From Mobula hypostoma (taxonomy: Eukaryota), in NCBI RefSeq assembly GCF_963921235.1, contig NC_086108.1:35156001-35220000 (forward strand): DNA of 64,000 nucleotides, written 5' to 3'. Under the pieces are notes generated by a model, which was not told the origin of the DNA, did not search any database, and saw nothing but the letters and a program-made list of their open reading frames with translations. The translations under genes and the position numbers were made by a program. Below, in pieces: positions 9,919 to 21,900 of the stretch (position 1 is the first letter of the stretch; the number at the start of each line of letters is the position of its first letter).

Positions 9919-12900
9919 AATTACAAAGCCTCAACATTACCCCTTGCTTTTGTATTCTAGTCCTCTCAAAATGAATGCTAACGTTGCATTTGAATTCCTC
10001 ACCATCTACTCAACCTGAAATGTAACCTTTAGGGAATCCTGCAAGAGGCCTCCGAAGTCCCTTTGTATCTCTGATTTTTGAATTTCCTCCCCATTTACAA
10101 AATAGTGCACACCTTTATTCCTTCTGCCAAAGTGCATGACCATACACGTCCCTACATTATGTTCCATCAACCATTCTTTGCCTATTCCCCCAATCTGTCT
10201 AAATTCTTCTGCAGACATTCTGCCACATAACCTGCCCTTCCACTGATCTTCATATTGTCCGCAAATTTGGTCAAACAGCCATCAATTCCTTCATCCATAT
10301 CATTGACATGCAATGAGAAAAAAAACAGTCCCAACACTGACTTCTGCCACACACCACCAGTCACCAGCAACCAGTCAGAAAAGGTTCCATTTATTCCCAA
10401 TCTTTGCATCCTGCCAATCACCTGATGCTCTATCGATACTAGTTACTCTCCTGTAATACCATAGGCTCTTGTTTAGCAGCCTCATGTGCAGCACCTTGTC
10501 AAAAACCTTCTGAAAATCCAAATAAGTAATATCCATTGACTCTGCTTTGTCCATCCTGTTTGTTATTTCCTCAAAGAATTCTAACAGATTTGTCAGGCAA
10601 GATCTTCCCCTCATGGAAACCATGTTGCCTATTTTATCATGTGCCTCCAAATATGCCAAAACCTCATGCTTAATAATAGATTCTAACATCTTTCCAACAA
10701 CTGAAGTCAGGCTAGCTGGCCTATAATTTCCTTTTTTCTGTCTTGTTCCCTTCTTGAAGAGTGGAGTGACATTTGCAATTTTCCAGTCCTCAGGCACCAT
10801 TCCAGAATCTAGTGATTCTTGAAAGATCATTACTAATGCCTCTACAATATCTGCAGCCACTTCTTTCAGAACCCTGGGGTGTAGTCCATCTGGTCCAAGT
10901 GACTTTTTAGCTTCCCAAGCACTGTCTCCATAGTAGTAGCAACTGCACTCACTTCTTACCCCTGACATTCTTGCATTTCTGGCATTCTGCTAATGCCTTC
11001 CACAATGAAGACTGATGCAAAATACTTAATAAGCTCCTCCACCATTTCTTTGTCCCCTATTACTACCTCTCCAACAGTCCTATATCCACTCTCATCTCTC
11101 ATTTACAAAAACTTACTGTGTCCTTTTTTATATTATTGGCTAACTTGAAGTCATATTTATCTTGACTCTCTTTATGTCTTTTGTAGTTGCCTTCTGTTGG
11201 TTTTTAAAAACTTCCTAATCCTCTGCCTTCCCACTATTCCCATTAATCCTTTTGCTTTAATGCTGTCTTTGACTTCCCTTATCAGCTATGATATTATTCT
11301 CCCTTATTCTCCCTCTAGAATACTTCTTCATCTTTTGCATGTATCTTTCTTGTGCCTTTCCAATTTCCCCTAAGAACGCCAACCATTGTCGTTCTGCCAT
11401 CATCCCTGCTAGTGTTCCCTTCCAATTAACTTTGGCCTGCTCCTCTCTTATGTCTCTGTAATTCCCTTTACTCCACTGTGATAGAGATACATCCAGTTTT
11501 AGCTTCTTCTCAAACTGCAGGGTGAACTCTATCATATCATGATCACTACCTCCCAAGGGTTCTTTATTTTAAGCTTCCTAATCAAACCTGGGTCATTGCA
11601 TAACAACCGATCCAGACTTCTCATTCTCCTAGAGGGCTCAACTACAAGCTGCTCTAAAAGAACTGTTTCTTAGGAATTCTACAAATTCCCTATCTTAGGA
11701 ACCAGCACCAACTGGATTTTCCCAATCTACCTGCATGTTGAAATCTCCCATGATTATCACAACATTATCCTTTTTACATGCCTTTTCTATCTCCATTTGT
11801 AATTTGCAGCCCATATTCTGGCTACTGTTCGGAGGCATGTATATAACACCCATATGGGTCTTTTTACCCTTGCCGTTTCTTAACTCTACCCACAAGGATT
11901 CTATATCTTATGATCCTCTTACCTACATCTTACATCTTCTTTCTAAGGATTGGATTTCATTTTTTACCAGTAGAGCCATCCTACTCCCTCTGCCTCCCTG
12001 CTGTTCTTTCAATACAATATGTATCCTTAGATCCTTAAGTTCCCAACTATGATCTTCTTTCAGACGTGAATCAGAGATGCCCACAACATGATACCTACCA
12101 TTCTCTAACTGTGCTACCAGATCATCTACCTTATTGTGTATTATGCGTGTATTCAAATATAATGCTTTCAGTCCTGTATTCATCACCCTTTTTGATTTTG
12201 GCCCTGTTACACTTTAACTCATCCCACTGACTACAACTTTGCCCTAACATCTGCCTGTCTTCCCTTGCAATCTCTCTACACACTGCATCTACTTGTATAC
12301 CGACTGCCCTATCCTTGGCTCTATTACTCCAGTTTGCATTCCCCGCTGAATTAGTTTAAACCCTTCCCAAAAGCTCTAACAATCTTTCCTGCAAGGACAC
12401 TTGTCCCCCTCGGGTTCATATGTAACCCATTCCTTTTGTACTGGTCATTCCTTCTCCAGAAGCGATCCCAATAATCCAGGAATCTGAAACCCTGCCTCTG
12501 CACCAATTTTTCAGCCACACATTCATTTGCCAAATCATTCTGTTTTTACCCTCAGTGGCACATGGCATAGGCAGCAATCCAGAGATTACTACCCTGGAGG
12601 TCCTGAACTTCAGCTATTGCCTAACTCCCTATATTCTCTCTCAAGGACCTGCTAATATATACTATGACTTCTGCTGTTCACCCTCCCCCTTTAGAATGCC
12701 GTGGACCTGATCCAGGACTTCTCTGACCAAGGCTCCTGGGAGGCAAAATATCATCCAGGTATCTTTTTTATGTCCACAGTATCTGCTTTCTGCTCCTTTA
12801 ATTATGGAATCCCCTATCACTACAGCAGTCCTCCTCTCCCCTCTTCCCTTCTGAGCTACAGAGCTAGAGACTAGGTTGCTGTGGCTGGTAGATTGCCCCC

Positions 12901-13530
12901 TACAATAGTATCCAAAGTGGTATAATTATTATTGAGGGGAATGACCACAAGGGTACTCTGCATAGGCTGTCTGTCCCCTTTCCTCTCTTGACAGTCAATC
13001 AAGTACTTGCCTTTTAGAGCTTAGGCTGACTACCTCCCTGTAGCTCTTACCTATCACCTTCTCATTTTCCTGTATGAGCTGAAGGTCATCAAGCTGCCAC
13101 TCCAGTTCCTTAGCCCAGTCTCTAAGGAGCTGCAGCTCAATTCACTTTGTACAAAAGTAGTTATCAGGGAGACTAGGGATCTCCCATATTTCCCGTCTAT
13201 CACACAAGGAATATATCACTACCTCTGGAATCATTCTTAGTGCACTAGCTATGTGTTAACAGAGAAAAAAACCTTGCTAGAAACTTCCTTACTTACTTAG
13301 AACCTCTTCCTGTGCCTGGGGCCAAGCCTGTTCTTGCCTTAGCCTGTTGAGCCAAAGCTGGACTGCTCTAACTATGCCCCACTCCAACAATGTCCATTCC
13401 AACAATAACTGCTCCACCTACACTTTACTTTTTATTGGCACCGTGCTGATTGCCACCTGTTGAGAAAAAAAGCCGAAAGCACCCGAACTGCATCTTTTAA
13501 AATCTCGCGCTGCATGACCAACTAACAACC

Positions 13531-14478
13531 TAGAAACATAGAAACATAGAAAATAGGTGCAGGAGTAGGCCATTCAGCCCTTCGAGCCTGCACCGCCATT
13601 CAGTATGATCATGGCTGATCATCCAACTCAGAACCCTGTACCAGCCTTCCCTCCATACCCCCTGATCCCTTTAGCCACAAGGGCCATATCTAACTCCCTC
13701 TTAAATATAGCCAATGAACTGGCCTCAACTGTTTCCTGTGGCAGAGAATTCCACAGATTCACCACTCTCTGTGTGAAGAAGTTTTTCCTAATCTCGGTCC
13801 TAAAAGGCTTCCCCTCTATCCTCAAATTGTGACCCCTCGTTTTGGACTTCCCTAACATCAGTAACAATCTTCCTGCATCTAGCCTGTCCAATCCCTTTAG
13901 GATTTTATACGTTTCAATAAGATCCCCCCTCAATCTTCTAAATTCCAACGAGTATAAGCCTAGTCGATCCCGTCTTTCCTCCTATGAAAGTCCTGCCATC
14001 CCAGGAATCAACCTAGTGAACCTTCTTTGTACTCCCTCTATGGCAAAAATGTCTTTCCTCAGATTAGGGGACCAAAACTGCACACAATACTCCAGGTGTG
14101 GTCTCACCAAAGCCTTGTACAACTGCAGTAGTACCTTCCTGCTCCTGTACTCGAATCCTCTTGCTATAAATGCCAGCATACCATTCGCCTTTTTCACCGC
14201 CTGCTGTACCTGCATGCCCACTTTCAATGACTGGTGTATAATGACACCCTGGTCTCGTTGCACCTCCCCTTTTCCTAATCAGCCACCATTCAGATAATAA
14301 TCTGTTTTCCTGTTTTTGCCACCAAAGTGGATAACTTCACATTTATCCACATTAAACTGCATCTGCCATGAATATGCCCACTCACCTAACCTATCCAAGT
14401 CAGCCTGCATCCTCTTAGCATCCTCCTCACAGCTAACACTGCCACCCAGATTCGTGTCATCCGCAAACTTGGAGATGC
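13531..14478 (-). mobile_element. Younger 5'-truncated CR1 LINE
   Basis: ORFs 14279..14491 (SKFADDT), 13982..14263 and 13628..13948. (TTTCTATG)n tail at 13531-13550. Confidence 0.9.
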
Positions 14479-14729
14479 ATCCTCCTTGCACCGACTGCCG
14501 CTCACCGAGAATAAAATATGGGTTGGCAAGTGAAATGGCTGCTGCAAATTATTCCAAGGATAATTGGCCAGTGAGAAAATTGAGAGAGAGAGATGGTTAT
14601 TAATGTGTGATAATAAACTACAGGGAAAATTATTGGGGGAGTGAGATTGGTTGAATTGCTCAATGGACCAAATGGCTACCTCCTATGTCATGAGAAAATA
14701 TGCCATTACATTACACGTTTGTGAATTTG

Positions 14730-16490
14730 GTCACCATATGGTCATACAGTAGAGAAACAGGCCCTTTGGTCCAACAGGTTTATGCTGACCAAGATACCCC
14801 AACCAAGCTGGTCCCATTTACTAACTTCTGGCCCATAACCTTCTCAAACTTTCCAATCCGTACTTGTCCAACTCTCTTTTAAAGGTTGTTATTCTATCTG
14901 CCTATACCACTTCCTCTGATAGTTTATTCCACATGCATGCCAGCTTTGTGCAAAAATTAAGTTACTCCTTGATCTACCTATTAAATCCTTCCCATCACCT
15001 ACAGTAAATACCCTCGTTCCTCATTTTTCAACCCTGCTAAAAAAGACTGAATACATTCATACTATGCCCCTCCTGATTTTATACATCTTTATAAGATCAC
15101 CTCTCGGTCTCCTAGACAAATTCTAGTTTGTCCAACCTCTCCTTCTAATTCAGTCCCTCAAGTCAGGGCAAGTTCTTGTAAATCTTTTCTGCATACTTTC
15201 CAGCTTATCTTTCCTATGGTGGATCTAGCAAAACTGAGCAGTGTCCTGTACAATCTCACCAAGACCTTCCAACTATTGCACTCAGTGCCCTGGCCAATGA
15301 AGGCCAGCATGTCAAAGGCCACCTTTAATAGGTTCAATAGGTTCAATTTAATGTCAGAGAAATGTATACAATATACATCCTGAAATTCTTTTTCTTCACA
15401 AACATCTACGAAAACAGAGGAGTGCCCCAAAGAATGAATGACAATTAAATGTTAGAATCCCGAAGCCCCCCCAGTACACCCTCCCATGCATAAACAGCAG
15501 CAAAGCGACGACCCCCTTCCCCCACGAGCAAAAAAGCATCTGCACCCCCCACCGAGCACTCAAGCATGCAGCAAATCATCAATAAAGTCACAGACTTGCA
15601 GCACCACAAAGACTACTCATTCAGCTGGTAATTCGACATACCACAGGCTCTCCCTCTCTCCATAATAAGGGAAAAAGAGGTGTCCCGTTTCACAGTGAGA
15701 GGGGAAATATAACAAAACAACTCGCCGATTTATGATGTTAGAAGTCTGTTGTGTTGCTTTTTCCGAGCTCTGTGCCCTGGTCCCTGGTCCCTGGGCACAC
15801 AGCCAGCAGCCAGCTTGCTGCTTACGATCTTCCATGTACTCCCACGACACACCAGTTTTCTGCGGTGGCACTGACCTCGAATCAGCCCGCCTCCAGAGCC
15901 ATGAAAATCCGGCACCCTGAGGACGTGCTTGTCTTCCAGGCTGCAGCCTTGGCGTATTGAAAAACTGCTGGTCGTGAGGTCCTGAGAGCGGGTCCCATTC
16001 CCACAAAGAACCGAAGTCAGCGTGTAACTCCAAGTCAGGGTCTTTAAAAGAACCCTGAAAAGGGAAAAATAAAGATATTAAAGATAGAAATAGAGCTGTT
16101 TCCCAAGATGCAAGCAAAGGATCGCCATTCGGCACCATCATCCTAAGCTCTGCCCTATTCACCACTCTGTCTACTGTGCTTCTACTTCATGGAACTAAGT
16201 ATGTGAATTTTAAGGTCCATCTTTTCTACAACATTCCCCAGAGCTCCACCATTCACTGTGCAAGACCTACCTTGATTTCACATTCCAAAATGCAACACCT
16301 TGCCCTTATCTGAATTAAACTCCATTTTCCATTCCTCACACACTCACTCAGCTGATCATGACCCCCCCCCCCGGGAATTTTTTGATAACCTTCTTCACTG
16401 TCTATTATGCCACCTATTTTTATGTCATCTGTAAATTTAATAATTCTGCCCTGCATATTCTTTACAAAGTGTTGATATAGATGACAAAAA
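14730..16490 (-). mobile_element. Old CR1 LINE 3' part, interrupted at about 15328-16144
   Basis: ORF 16253..16456 (KFTDDIKIGG) plus CR1 3' motifs at 14730-15325. Confidence 0.7.
15328..16144 (-). mobile_element. Non-autonomous Rex1-like retroposon
   Basis: (ATTGAACCT)n tail at 15328-15346 with a Rex1-like 3'UTR (gatgtatattgtatacatttctctgacattaaa). 5' end gatgatggtgcc. Interrupts CR1. Confidence 0.55.
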
Positions 16491-17409
16491 AAGCATCAAA
16501 TTCAGAAATTGGCACTGAAAGAGAAGAGACAAGATGCCTTTGTGTGGAGTTGCTAAATTGTGATGGAATTTTTGAAGCAGAGGGTGCTTAACAGGAGAAA
16601 ATGGGCGCTGCTTTATAAGTGGCCCTTCTGTTCTGGTGTGAATATGTCGACCTACCACAGCTTTGCATATTGTGGAATTACGTTTTGAAGTTTCCAAACT
16701 GTCATTACTTTGAAGCAAGTTTAATTCCTCAAACAAAAGTGGTCATTTTTCCCATCAGTGGAGCACACTGAGCCTCTTATGAAATGAATTGCTTGTATTC
16801 GCACCAGATCGTGTGGATAGCATTACTGTGTTTAATAATGAGCCAAGTGCACATACGTAATGTGATATAATTGCAAACATTTACTATTTTAACTACAAAC
16901 GTTTGTATTAATTTATGCTTCTGCACACTACAGCAAGAAGATCAATTATTTTCTCCAATTTTTGAGCAGAATGTAAATCAGCCATTTGTTCACCATTCCT
17001 TCTCTTCATTGCCTCTGCCAATTGATTAACAGGCGTCAGCATTTATAACAGAATGTTTCACTGGGTCTTGTTCTACTATGTACAATGGCCGACAATGAAA
17101 CGAAGCGTTAGTGATTTGTGAAGGAAAATCCCTAGAAGGCATCAGTGGTATTACCATGCTTCATAGTTCTGTGACAGAAGGAGCTTTTGTTCTTGGTGTT
17201 AGCATCGTGTAGCTTGCTGAAGTTGCCCATAAACAGTGACACTCTGAAAATAAAGGACAGAGTAGCTTGAAGAGCCATAAACTTGTACAGAAATGAGACA
17301 GCTGGTGGATGGGAACTGGGGGAACACAATGGACTTCAAGTCCAAAGAATTCATGGTTTAAAAGCTTAGAGGCACTCTGCAAGGTAAGAGGATCTATTTC
17401 CAACTGGTC

Positions 17410-17800
17410 CATGAAAATCAAGGTGCCTCTAATCCTGTTTCACTTACCTGATTTCAGTTCATATCCCATGAAACCCTTCTTTTTCATTTACACGTCCAAT
17501 TTCCTTTTAAATGTGGTTAATGTACACTGTACCTACTTCAACCACTTCCTCTGGCAGTTCCTTCCATATATTAATCACCATTTGAGTGGAAAAAGTTTCC
17601 AGTCACATTTCTACTAAACAACTTCACCCTCTAGTCCTCTAGTTCTTGATTTCCCAAACCTGAGATAAAAACTGAGCACATTCATCCTATCTATGCCCCT
17701 CACGATTTTAAACAGCTCTATAAGATCACCCTTTGTCCTCTTATGCCCCACTGACTCAAGTACAAGCCAGTTCAAACTTTCTCTATAACTCAGTCCCTCA
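17410..17800 (-). mobile_element. CR1 3' fragment
   Basis: ORF 17614..17916 part LEGLSYRESLNWL..KGDLIELFKIVRGIDR. Confidence 0.7.
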
Positions 17801-17899
17801 AGTCTATTCCAATGTTGAATCGGTATTAGAGGGCAAAACTTTAGCTTCCAAGTTTCACAGGTGCTGGGGATTTCATTGTCAATCCATTGGCTTAAAGAG

Positions 17900-18325
17900 T
17901 GGGGACTTGTATACACTGCAATTTAAAAAGATGAGAGGGGATATGATTGAAACATATAAGATTATTAAGGGATTGGACACGCTAGAGGCAGGAAACATGC
18001 TCCCGATGTTGGGGGAGTCCAGAACCAGAGGCCACATAAGGGGTAGGCCATCTAGAATGGAGTTGAGGAAAAACTTCTTCACCCAGAGAGTTGTGGATCT
18101 GTGGAATGCTCTGCCCCAGAAGGCAGTGGTGGCCAATTCTCTGGATGCTTTCAAGAAAGAGTTAGATACAGCTCTTAATGATAGCGGAGTCAAGGGATAT
18201 GGGGAGAAGGCAGGAACGGGGTACTGATTGTGGATGATCAGCCATGATCACAGTGAATGGCGGTGCTGGCTCGAAGGGCTGAATGGCCTACTCCTGCACC
18301 TATTGTCCATTGTCTATTGTCTATT
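17900..18325 (+). mobile_element. CR1 3' end with a (CTATTGT)n tail
   Basis: MRGDMIETYKIIKGLD..RKNFFTQRVVDLWNALP..GYGEKAGTGY*, followed by 3'UTR and tail. Confidence 0.85.
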
Positions 18326-18492
18326 GAATAAAAAGAGCACTTCTAGCAATTCTGCCAGATATGCAGATGATGCCCAGCAGGCTGGAAATGGGAAATGCAG
18401 TAGTACAAGCTGCACTTCTTGCTAAACTGGTTGAGGCCCACAGCTTTGATTATACTGAAAGTGAATGGTCAGAGAACACAGATGGTGTAGGT

Positions 18493-18692
18493 CAGTGGTC
18501 CCCAACCTCCGGGCCGTGGACCCATACATTTGATCTGGGCCAACATTTATGTGCCGGACGGCACCTAATTAATTAGCTTGTCTATTTCGGCTTTTTTTCT
18601 TAAAGGTGTGCTGGGTGCGTCCCGACTACCGCTGCACCACTGCATCCTTCGAGGCAGTGTATCAGTCCGCGGCCCGGAGGTGGGGACCACTA
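18493..18692. mobile_element. hAT/Charlie-like MITE (200 bp)
   Basis: TIRs cagtggtccccaacctccgggccg / cggcccggaggtggggaccacta. Perfect 8-bp TSD gtgtaggt. Confidence 0.85.
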
Positions 18693-18739
18693 GTGTAGGT
18701 TACGTAGGATCGAGACAGGGAGAAATTCCTTCTCTTTCT

Positions 18740-19915
18740 TTTTAAACCTTTTTATTAAATTAGTACACAAAAAGTAGACCATGTAGACACTAATACACTA
18801 TTGCAATATAAATTTGCAAGAGATATTAATACACAAAAAAAAAGTTAGTACAAACAGTGCAGTTTAGATATAAAATAACAAGGTAATATAATAGTATGCA
18901 AACAACAGGAATTCTGCAGATGCTGGAAAGTCAAGCAACATACATCAAAGTTGCTGGTGAACGCAGCAGGCCAAGCAGCATCTATAAAGAGAAGAAAAAA
19001 CCCAAAAAAAAAACCCCAAAAAAACCCACCGTACAACTAATCTAAAAAGCAAAGCAAAGCAATGGGCTAACTAGGTATCAAGGAGACTTAAACAACTTAA
19101 AACAATCACGCCCTCAAACCCGACCTCCATTAGAAACAGTTAAAAAAGCAAGAAGGGAATGTAAATATGGGCAAAGAGAAAAAAAAATTACATTAAATGA
19201 AAATGTTGGATAAATGGTCTCCAGGTCTGTTCAAATTTAACTGAAGTATCATAAAGATTACTTCTAATTTTCTCCAAATTTAAACATAGTATCGTCTGAG
19301 AAAAGCAAAAGAACATTGTTGGGGCATTAATCTCCTTCCAATGTCGTAAAATACATCTTTTAGCCATTAAAGTAAGAAATACAATCATTCTACAGGCAGA
19401 AGGGGAAAGATTACTGGAAATTTTAGGTAATCCAAAGATAGCGGAAATAGGATGGGGCGAAATATCTATATTCAATATCTTTGAAATAATATTAAAAATG
19501 TCTTTCCAAAAAGTTTCCAAAGTAGGACAGGACCAAAACATATGAGTTAAGGAGGATATCTCCCCATGACATCTGTCACAAAGAGGGTTAATATGAGAAT
19601 AAAAATGAGCTAATTTATCTTTAGACAAATGTGCTCTATGAACAACTTTAAATAGAATTAGGGAATGTTTGGAACAGATAGAGGAAGTATTGACTAGTTG
19701 TAAAAATATGCGCCCAGTCATCCGCCGGAATAATAAAGCCCAATTCCTTTTCCCAATCTGACCTAATCTTATCGAGTGGAGCTTTCCTAAGTTTCATGGT
19801 AGTATTATAAATAATAGCCGTTACACCTTTCTGACACGGGTTAAAGTTAATTATAGTATCTAAAATATATGTAAGAGGTAACGTCGGAAAGGAAGAGAGT
19901 ATAGTAGTTAGGAAA
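18740..19915 (-). mobile_element. L1-clade LINE 3' end (C-terminal zinc-finger region), with a small Penelope terminal fragment at about 18897-18985
   Basis: ORF 19188..19721 has FKVVHRAHLS..CDRC....SLTHMFWSC..FW (zf-RVT type), followed by a minus-strand AATAAA and A-rich tail near 18750. Confidence 0.8.
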
Positions 19916-21589
19916 TTAAGAAATTCCTTCTCTCAGTGGTTGGAGAACCTTTGGCATACTTTTTGCTAGATAGCCATGTAAACTCCGGAGGTGCTCATTC
20001 AGTAAAGGGATTGATATGTTCCTGAGGATTAAATGAATCAAGGGGAAGTGGGGATGGTGCAGCAAAATGGTGCTGATGAGGAAGATCAGCCGTGATTGTG
20101 ATGAACGGCCAAGCAGGTTCATTAGTAAGATACACTAATTCTTATGGTGATATGATGTGAATTGGCAATTGTGTGTAAGTGAAATTTAAAGCCAGGTGGG
20201 TGGGATTTAAGTTGGTGTCACAGAGTTTTGGAAGAGCTTTTTTAGTGATTGAGAGGATAAAGAGCCTAGAACCTGGTGACTAACAATGAAAAAAGAAGCA
20301 AGGAAGAGCATAATGTCAATGATTGGGTTGCTCAGCTGTTGATCACTGAAGTGGTGTTGCCCAACCTTGTGTCTAGTATAACTGTGGTTGCGTTAATACC
20401 ATTCTCACTTCCCCACCCCCAACCACAGCTTGTGAGCTCAGGTCATGCTGTATGGACATGTGAAATCTAGGCCAGAACTGTGGTACTGTGGGAGTGCAAT
20501 CCTATCTAAGTTTAATCTAACCCTGTAGGTGAATACTACAGATTTGTACCACAACAAGAACAGAGGAGTCATCCCTGATATCTTGAACAATATAAAGCAC
20601 CTATTTAGTAGTGCTGAAATTATTTTTTGTTTTCTTTATCAGACCTTGTTGTGCACTGAACTGGCATCACAAATATTCTACATCTAAAGGCATATATAGA
20701 TGTTAAAATATAGATGTTAAATAATTCAAGGTTTATGGAATGTCTGGGATTTGTGGTACACTCCTTGTAAGCAGAACAATGCTGGGATTGGAGTTTTTGG
20801 TCCTGCGCATTGAGTCAGGTTTGAGTATCATACACTGATACTACAATTCATGTTGAACTGAGCATTTCCACTTTGTTAAATTTATTTCTTACCACATGAG
20901 TGCTTTCACCCCCAAAATTACCACTATTTCCAAGTACTCGTTTTAATTATAAGAACAAATTTCGAGCGTGATGTTTAGTGCGAAAATAATTACTTTGAAT
21001 TAATACAGAACCTAGTTTTCTGCTTCTTGTGCCAAAAAAACTCAGTGACCATGAGAATATTGTGCAATAAAAGGTTAAAATTACTATATATCTGTCAGAT
21101 CAAGCGGTGTTTCCAGTATGGCTCTTGAATAATCATAAAACAGATTATAATAGTTCTCAGTGGTTAATTATGCTATTTGTGAAGTTTCTAATTGTTCCTC
21201 GACAATCTTGTTTCCTCCCACATCCCAGAGGCGTTTCAATTGGTCATCACAAAATATTAGAGCGTTTGGGTGAGCAGAACTGATATATGAGTGTGAAAAT
21301 ATGTTAACAGGAAGTAAATGGAGGAATGAGACCTAACTACGAGCTACCATAGAGTCAAGGAGCCAAATCGTCTCCATAGAGAAAAGATTGAAGGTGGTGT
21401 TTCCAATCAGTGTAAAAGTGTCTATCCAAATTGGCAAGGCTAGAAGCAGCCAATGGAGCACTGCATTTCATGTTTAAACACAGTTTTGCTGAAACTGTAA
21501 CTAATTAGAACTCTGAGCTACTTCACCTCTGACCTATTGTACACTCTCAGCTTTCTTTACCCAGCTGTTGGTGGCTATGTAATTGAAAT

Positions 21590-21900
21590 TGTGCCAGAGA
21601 GAGAAATAGTGCAGGAGCAAGCCATTCAGTCTACCAAGACTATGCTAATCACTCCACACAAACCATTTCATTCTCCCTCTCCTTTCCCATCAACTTTCCT
21701 CTCATCTCTATGCCATAAGCAATTTATAGTGGCCAAGTAACCTACCAATCCACATGTTTTCTTGGTTGTAGGAGAGTGAGGCACCCAGATGAAATCCACA
21801 AGGTGCAGCGAGAACATGCCTAATCCACACAGAGAGCACTGGAGATGAAGATTGAACCCCGGTTTCTGGAACTGTGAGGCACCACATCTACCAGCCAAGT
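21590..21900 (-). mobile_element. Degenerate V-SINE/HE1-like SINE
   Basis: Minus strand gggttcaatcttcatctccagtgctctctgtgtggattaggcatgttctc is homologous to the copies at 38980 and 58025. Confidence 0.6.

Larger units (their letters stand above)
8560..13525 (-). mobile_element. Near full-length degenerate CR1 LINE (ORF1 SGNH esterase; ORF2 APE endonuclease plus RT)
   Basis: Pieces occur in the correct order: 12351..12533 (GFRFLDYWDRFW..GLHMNPRG), 11923..12186 and 11695..11895 (APE, MGDFN), 11257..11556 (GSDH), 10375..10968 (GPDGLHPRVLKE..NYRPASLTS..YLDFQKVFDKV), 10182..10421 (KFADN), 8755..9165 (C-terminus). Confidence 0.9.
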
